Assembly (NCBI GenBank): GCA_947443645.1
Contig: CANEXF010000004.1
Coordinates: forward strand, 18,642-82,641
Direction: 5' to 3'
Length of the DNA: 64,000 bases
DNA from: Comamonadaceae bacterium
GTDB lineage: Bacteria; Pseudomonadota; Gammaproteobacteria; Burkholderiales; Burkholderiaceae_C
Part shown: positions 59,860-64,000 of the stretch, piece after piece
Position numbering within the stretch: the first letter of the stretch is position 1
Layout of the letters: the number at the start of each line of letters is the position of its first letter
Made by a program: the position numbers and the translations under genes
Notes under the pieces: generated by a model
The model's database searches: none
Told to the model about the DNA's origin: nothing
The model's input: the letters and a program-made list of their open reading frames with translations, nothing else

Positions 59860-60921
59860 ATGCCTAGTCAGAGCCTCAATTGTGTATTGAAAATCGTAGG
59901 CTTCCTGGCTTTCTCTTTCGCGCTGTCGGTGCCGGCGGCCCAAGCTCAAGAAATCAAGCGCGCTCCAGTGAAGAAGCATCAGCTGGCGCGAGGATCAGCC
60001 GCAAAAAAAGTGATTGCTGTGCGCAGAACCGCCCAGTTTGCAGCGGCTTCCAAACGTAAAAATGTCATTCGTGCGGCGACGCCTGGAAAACCTTCCTTTG
60101 GTGAAATCGCCGGTTTGCATGGTGCTCAGGATGCGCTTGACTTGAAATCCAGCGTCGCACTGGTGATTGATCAGGACACTCGAGAAGTCTTGTTCCGGAA
60201 AAATGATCATGCTGTGTTGCCCATCGCCTCGCTGACAAAATTGATGACCGGCGTGATCATCAGTGGCGCCAAGCTGCCAATGGATGAGGTGATCACTGTT
60301 ACCCAGGACGATATTGATACCGAAAAAGGCAGCAGTTCAAGGCTGAATGTGGGCGCTTCGTTGACCCGTGGTGAGTTGCTGCATTTGGCATTGATGTCCA
60401 GCGAGAATCGCGCAGCGCACGCCTTGGGGCGTACGTATCCGGGCGGTTTGAGCACGTTCGTCGGCCTGATGAATGCAAAAGCAAAACTGCTGGGTATGAG
60501 CGACACCAGTTACGCAGAGCCTACCGGACTCTCAAGCCGCAACCAGTCAAGCGCGCAGGATTTGGCAACCTTGGTCAATGCTGCGCATGCTGACCCCCTG
60601 CTGCGTGAACTGACCACGTCGCCTGGCTACCAAGTGGCCATTGGCAGCCGTCGACTTCAGTACAACAACACCAATCGACTGGTGAAAAATCCTCAGTGGG
60701 ATATTGGTCTGCAAAAGACAGGCTTTATTACCGAAGCAGGTCAATGTCTGGTGATGCAGACAAAAATAGCTGGTCGCAAGCTCATCATGGTGTTTCTCGA
60801 CTCGGCTGGCAAACTCAGTCGAATCGGAGATGCCGAGCGCGTGCGGCGCTGGGTTGAATCCATCCCTGCTGCAGACCGTAAAGTCAATATCAGCGCTTTG
60901 CACGCCGAAATCGAGGGCTAA
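59860..60921 (+). CDS. D-alanyl-D-alanine endopeptidase (peptidase S11, PBP7/PbpG-like)
   Basis: Signal peptide plus SLTK, SENR and KTG active-site motifs. An alternative start is ATG 59824. Confidence 0.85.
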   Translation: MPSQSLNCVLKIVGFLAFSFALSVPAAQAQEIKRAPVKKHQLARGSAAKKVIAVRRTAQFAAASKRKNVIRAATPGKPSFGEIAGLHGAQDALDLKSSVALVIDQDTREVLFRKNDHAVLPIASLTKLMTGVIISGAKLPMDEVITVTQDDIDTEKGSSSRLNVGASLTRGELLHLALMSSENRAAHALGRTYPGGLSTFVGLMNAKAKLLGMSDTSYAEPTGLSSRNQSSAQDLATLVNAAHADPLLRELTTSPGYQVAIGSRRLQYNNTNRLVKNPQWDIGLQKTGFITEAGQCLVMQTKIAGRKLIMVFLDSAGKLSRIGDAERVRRWVESIPAADRKVNISALHAEIEG

Positions 60922-60969
60922 CAGCGCTGGTTTTCGGCCAATTGCAGTTAGCGTCGACAGCCCGGTTTC

Positions 60970-61749
60970 TTATTTAGCTTTGTAGCCGAGCGCTGCTGAA
61001 ATCTCATTGGCTGTGGCCTGCAGCTTGGGCAGCCAGTGCTCATCCAGCCTGTCGGCTGGCGCCGAAATTGACAGACCTGCAATCAATTTGTTCTGGTCGT
61101 CGTAAATGCCTGCGGCCATGCAGCGCACCCCGAGTTCCAGTTCTTCATTGTCCCGCGCGATGCCATATTGCCTGGCTTTGGAGAGCTCGCGTTCCAGGAC
61201 CGGAAGTTGAGTAATGCTGTTTCGAGTCTGCCCTGAAAGGCCGGTACGCGTGGCATAGGTGCGTAAGCGCTGGGGATCGTCAAAGGCCAGGAATAGCTTT
61301 CCGACAGACGTCAGATGTAGCGGGGCCCGACCACCAATGGCCCGCACCACCTGCATGCCTGAGCGCTCGCTAAATGCTCGTTCCACGTAGACGATTTCGT
61401 CGCCTTGTCGCATGCTCAGGTTGACCGGTTGCTGCGTGAGCTTGTGCAACTCGCGCATGGGCGCCAGCGCTGCATCCCGGACATTCAAACGGGCTTTGAC
61501 CAGATTTCCCAACTCCAATAGACGCATGCCCAGACGGTAGTTACCAGCTACAGGACGATCCACGAAACGCCCAGTAGCGAGATCATTCAAGATACGATGA
61601 GCAGTGGAGGGGTGAAGACCGGATTTGGCACTGATTTCCTTGAGCGACATGGCCTCTTCGCGATTGGCCAAAATCTCCAGCAATGTGAACATGCGTTCTA
61701 TCACCTGGACGGTAGGGGTAGCAGGTACGGTGCTGTCAGGCTTTTTCAT
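60970..61749 (-). CDS. IclR family transcriptional regulator
   Basis: N-terminal wHTH (ERMFTLLEILANREEAMSLKEISAKSGLHPSTAHRILNDL) and a C-terminal IclR effector domain. Confidence 0.88.
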   Translation of the reverse strand: MKKPDSTVPATPTVQVIERMFTLLEILANREEAMSLKEISAKSGLHPSTAHRILNDLATGRFVDRPVAGNYRLGMRLLELGNLVKARLNVRDAALAPMRELHKLTQQPVNLSMRQGDEIVYVERAFSERSGMQVVRAIGGRAPLHLTSVGKLFLAFDDPQRLRTYATRTGLSGQTRNSITQLPVLERELSKARQYGIARDNEELELGVRCMAAGIYDDQNKLIAGLSISAPADRLDEHWLPKLQATANEISAALGYKAK

Positions 61750-61838
61750 ATGCAGACTTTCTGCTTGAAATTTTACACTGTGAAATGACGTCCTGAGCGT
61801 TATGTCTATCGCAGCGTTAGCGCTGTATCTCACTGTAT

Positions 61839-62579
61839 TTATGTTTGAGACAAGATCCAGGACTCATCGCTCAGAATTTCATTTGGTTTAAACCCAGCCT
61901 TGTAATTCATCTTTGGACTCTGGGCTATCCAATAACCGAGATAGACGTAAGGTAGGCCGAGCTCCTTGGCCTGCTCAATTTGCCAAAGCACGCCGTAATT
62001 GCCGTAGCTGGCTCTGGCGTCTGGCTCATAAAATGTATAGACGGCAGAAATGCCATCCTCCAGTACGTCAAGTATGGACACCATTTTTAGCGCGCCAGCT
62101 TCGCCATTGGGCATGTTTTCACGAAACTCCACGAGACGCGAGTTCACGCGGCTTTGCAGCAGGAATTGCGTGTATTGATCGACGCTGTCGTGGTCCATGC
62201 CACCGCCTGCATGGCGACCTGTCTGATAGCGCAGGTAGAGCTCGTAATGCTCTGGTATGAAACACAGCTTTAGTGCCCTGGCGTGCAGCGTGTGGTGCTG
62301 CCGCCAGGCGCGGCGCTGGCTACGGTCAGCCTTGAAGCTATTGACTGGTACGCGAAGTGGCACACAGGCTTGGCAGCCATCGCAATAAGGGCGATAGGTG
62401 AACATGCCGCTACGACGAAAACCGCGGGCAACCAACTCCGAATAAGTGTCGTTGTTAATAAGGTGGCTTGGCGTTGCGACCTGCGAACGCGCCTGCCTGC
62501 CCGGCAGGTAACTGCAGGGGTAGGGCGCTGTTGCATAAAACTGCAATGACTGCAGCGGCAGATCTTCTAGTTGTGTCAC
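61839..62579 (-). CDS. bpt: Arginyl/aspartate-glutamate leucyl-tRNA--protein transferase (Bpt, ATE-like)
   Basis: [20 protein letters not shown]-terminus plus ATE_N and ATE_C features. Its start overlaps the aat stop. Confidence 0.88.
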   Translation of the reverse strand: MTQLEDLPLQSLQFYATAPYPCSYLPGRQARSQVATPSHLINNDTYSELVARGFRRSGMFTYRPYCDGCQACVPLRVPVNSFKADRSQRRAWRQHHTLHARALKLCFIPEHYELYLRYQTGRHAGGGMDHDSVDQYTQFLLQSRVNSRLVEFRENMPNGEAGALKMVSILDVLEDGISAVYTFYEPDARASYGNYGVLWQIEQAKELGLPYVYLGYWIAQSPKMNYKAGFKPNEILSDESWILSQT

Positions 62580-63343
62580 TGTTGTGTTTGCGTTTGGCGC
62601 GTGAGAACTTCGTTCCAGTATATGGGTTCAAACCGCCACGCAGGCTCAGGCTGATTCGCGGAGGTCTGGATATGCGAGATGAAGTCTTCGCGACTTATTT
62701 CAGCTGCGCCCAACGAAGCCAGGTGCCGCGTGTTTTGTTGGCAATCGATCAGCGTTATATTTTTCGCCCGACAGAAAGCGACCAACGCACTCAGCGCGAT
62801 TTTGGAGGCATCGGTTTGATGCGCAAACATGGATTCACCAAACACCATACCGCCAAGATTGACGCAATAGAGGCCGCCCACGAGCTCGTCATCAACCCAG
62901 GTCTCAACGCTGTGGGCGTGACCGTCCTGATGCAAGTTGTTGTAGGCCTTGACCATGTCAGGAACAATCCAGGTGCCTGGCTGCCCTTCGCGTGGCTTGT
63001 AGGCGCATGCGTTAATAACGGCTTCAAAAGCACTGTCAAAACGTATTTCGCAGCGCGGATTAGTTATAAAGTGCTTCAGGCTTTTGCGCAGGGATCTGTG
63101 TAGTTTGAAGTCTTGAGCTTTAAGTACCATGCGAGGTTCTGGGCTCCACCACAAGATGGGCTGGCCTTCGCTAAACCACGGAAAAATTCCTTGCGAATAC
63201 GCTTTGACCAATGTCCTGACGTTTAGTGCGCCACCTGCCGCCAGTAGTCCTGGTGCGGGGTTATTGTGGCCCCAGGCGTTGCTGACAGGTGGGAACTCTT
63301 CCCCTTCGTCAAGCCAGGGCACAGAGCGTGCGGCCTTCACCAT
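62576..63343 (-). CDS. aat: Leucyl/phenylalanyl-tRNA--protein transferase
   Basis: [26 protein letters not shown] signature. Confidence 0.9.
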   Translation of the reverse strand: MVKAARSVPWLDEGEEFPPVSNAWGHNNPAPGLLAAGGALNVRTLVKAYSQGIFPWFSEGQPILWWSPEPRMVLKAQDFKLHRSLRKSLKHFITNPRCEIRFDSAFEAVINACAYKPREGQPGTWIVPDMVKAYNNLHQDGHAHSVETWVDDELVGGLYCVNLGGMVFGESMFAHQTDASKIALSALVAFCRAKNITLIDCQQNTRHLASLGAAEISREDFISHIQTSANQPEPAWRFEPIYWNEVLTRQTQTQQ

Positions 63344-63525
63344 CGCGTGATCGCTTGTCTGTACGAATCCGCCGAAAGTGCCGCGGTCGCGTGTGATGCA
63401 TCAATCATGTGCTGATCGTAGCTGAGCGCGAGTCGCGCCGCATCTGCAATCCATGCATAAAAGTTAAGTTGGTTTGCGTCTATACGGGAAAGGCAAAAAA
63501 TCCACGCTATAATTCGAGGCTGCAT

Positions 63526-63601
63526 TCCTCAATAGCTCAGTTGGTAGAGCGCCGGACTGTTAATCCGTAGGTCCCTGGTTCGAGCCCAGGTTGAGGAGCC
63601 A
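63526..63601 (+). tRNA. tRNA-Asn (anticodon GUU)
   Basis: Cloverleaf with acceptor stem TCCTCAA/TTGAGGA, anticodon loop CTGTTAA, T-arm CCTGGTTCGAGCCCAGG and an encoded CCA. It is very similar to E. coli tRNA-Asn. A TATAAT box lies at 63508-63513. Confidence 0.93.
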
Positions 63602-63613
63602 CTAGATTCAAGG

Positions 63614-63640
63614 CCTCGCACGAAAGTGCGGGGCTTTCGT
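63614..63640. terminator. Hairpin terminator between tRNA-Asn and the integrase 3' end
   Basis: 8-bp stem cctcgcac/gtgcgggg with a GAAA loop, followed by ctttcgt. Confidence 0.5.
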
Positions 63641-63644
63641 CTCT

Positions 63645-64000
63645 CTAAACGTGACGAAAACGTGACAGATCAACCACGCTCTGGCCACCTCCCCCGCGCT
63701 CGATTCGAGACGCTGCGGATAACAAATTCTCCGTTGCAAACTTGGCATAGCGATCCACCATCGTTCGTGACTTCCAGCCGCCCAGGTCCTTGAGTTCATC
63801 GCAAGATGTTCCCGCCTGGCGGTGCCAGGATGCCCAGGTATGGCGCAAGTCATGAAAACGGAAGTCCTCAATCCCCGCTTTTGCTAACGCGTTGTGCCAG
63901 GCCGTGTTGGTCACGTCCGCCCGCATGGGTTGGCCTTTGTACGCAAAGCAAAATTGCAGGTTTTGCCCTATCTGCTCTTTCAATACTTCAACTGCATCAA
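63645..64000 (-). CDS. Tyrosine-type site-specific integrase, C-terminal part (gene continues beyond the window end)
   Basis: Catalytic box [11 protein letters not shown]...[15 protein letters not shown] (H-x-x-R ... Y). It lies about 45 nt from the tRNA-Asn 3' end. Confidence 0.85.
   Translation of the reverse strand, partial: DAVEVLKEQIGQNLQFCFAYKGQPMRADVTNTAWHNALAKAGIEDFRFHDLRHTWASWHRQAGTSCDELKDLGGWKSRTMVDRYAKFATENLLSAASRIERGGGGQSVVDLSRFRHV

Noticed and set aside
63337-63525. A 62-aa minus-strand ORF upstream of aat that overlaps the tRNA-Asn promoter region.
   Set aside because: It has no recognisable motif and no RBS, and its composition differs from neighbouring genes. It is most likely non-coding promoter or leader DNA for aat and the tRNA.

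Overview
This looks like core chromosome of a high-GC betaproteobacterium. A Comamonadaceae-like origin is my inference from gene content, synteny and repeat types, not a database result. I call about 58 CDS, nearly all housekeeping: phoR (partial), a MATE transporter coupled to a GT-C-like membrane protein, rpmE2-rho-trxA, an AddAB-type helicase-nuclease pair, yajC-secDF, DUF1631, smg, a GtrA/ArnC-like/ArnT-like glycolipid modification operon, dnaX-ybaB-recR, mltD-gloB-methyltransferase-rnhA (same order as in E. coli), an RND efflux pair, moaA-mobA-moeA, the membrane H+-PPase next to soluble ppa, nadE-glnB, an ECF sigma/DUF3619/DUF3106/RDD cluster, ilvIHC-pssA-leuA, a PBP7-like endopeptidase, an IclR regulator and bpt-aat. 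RNA genes are an SRP RNA (ffs, minus strand, with a good sigma70 promoter) and tRNA-Asn(GUU). The tRNA is followed at the right edge by a truncated tyrosine integrase, which probably marks the start of an integrated island outside the window. I found no cas genes, no toxin-antitoxin pair and no obvious defence island. The most unusual signals are non-coding or recoding. (1) A 28-nt AT-rich palindromic element occurs intergenically and also in frame inside three intact genes (moeA, a FemAB-like gene, nadE). (2) A GC-rich composite REP-like family always starts 0-3 nt after a stop codon and forms a 4-unit, 84-bp-period array inside the Moco operon. (3) dnaX carries an exact A_AAA_AAG -1 frameshift heptamer with a -1 frame stop three codons later. 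(4) A Leu-rich leader peptide plus terminator sits upstream of leuA. All functional calls come from motifs I recognise in the translated ORFs. No searches were run.
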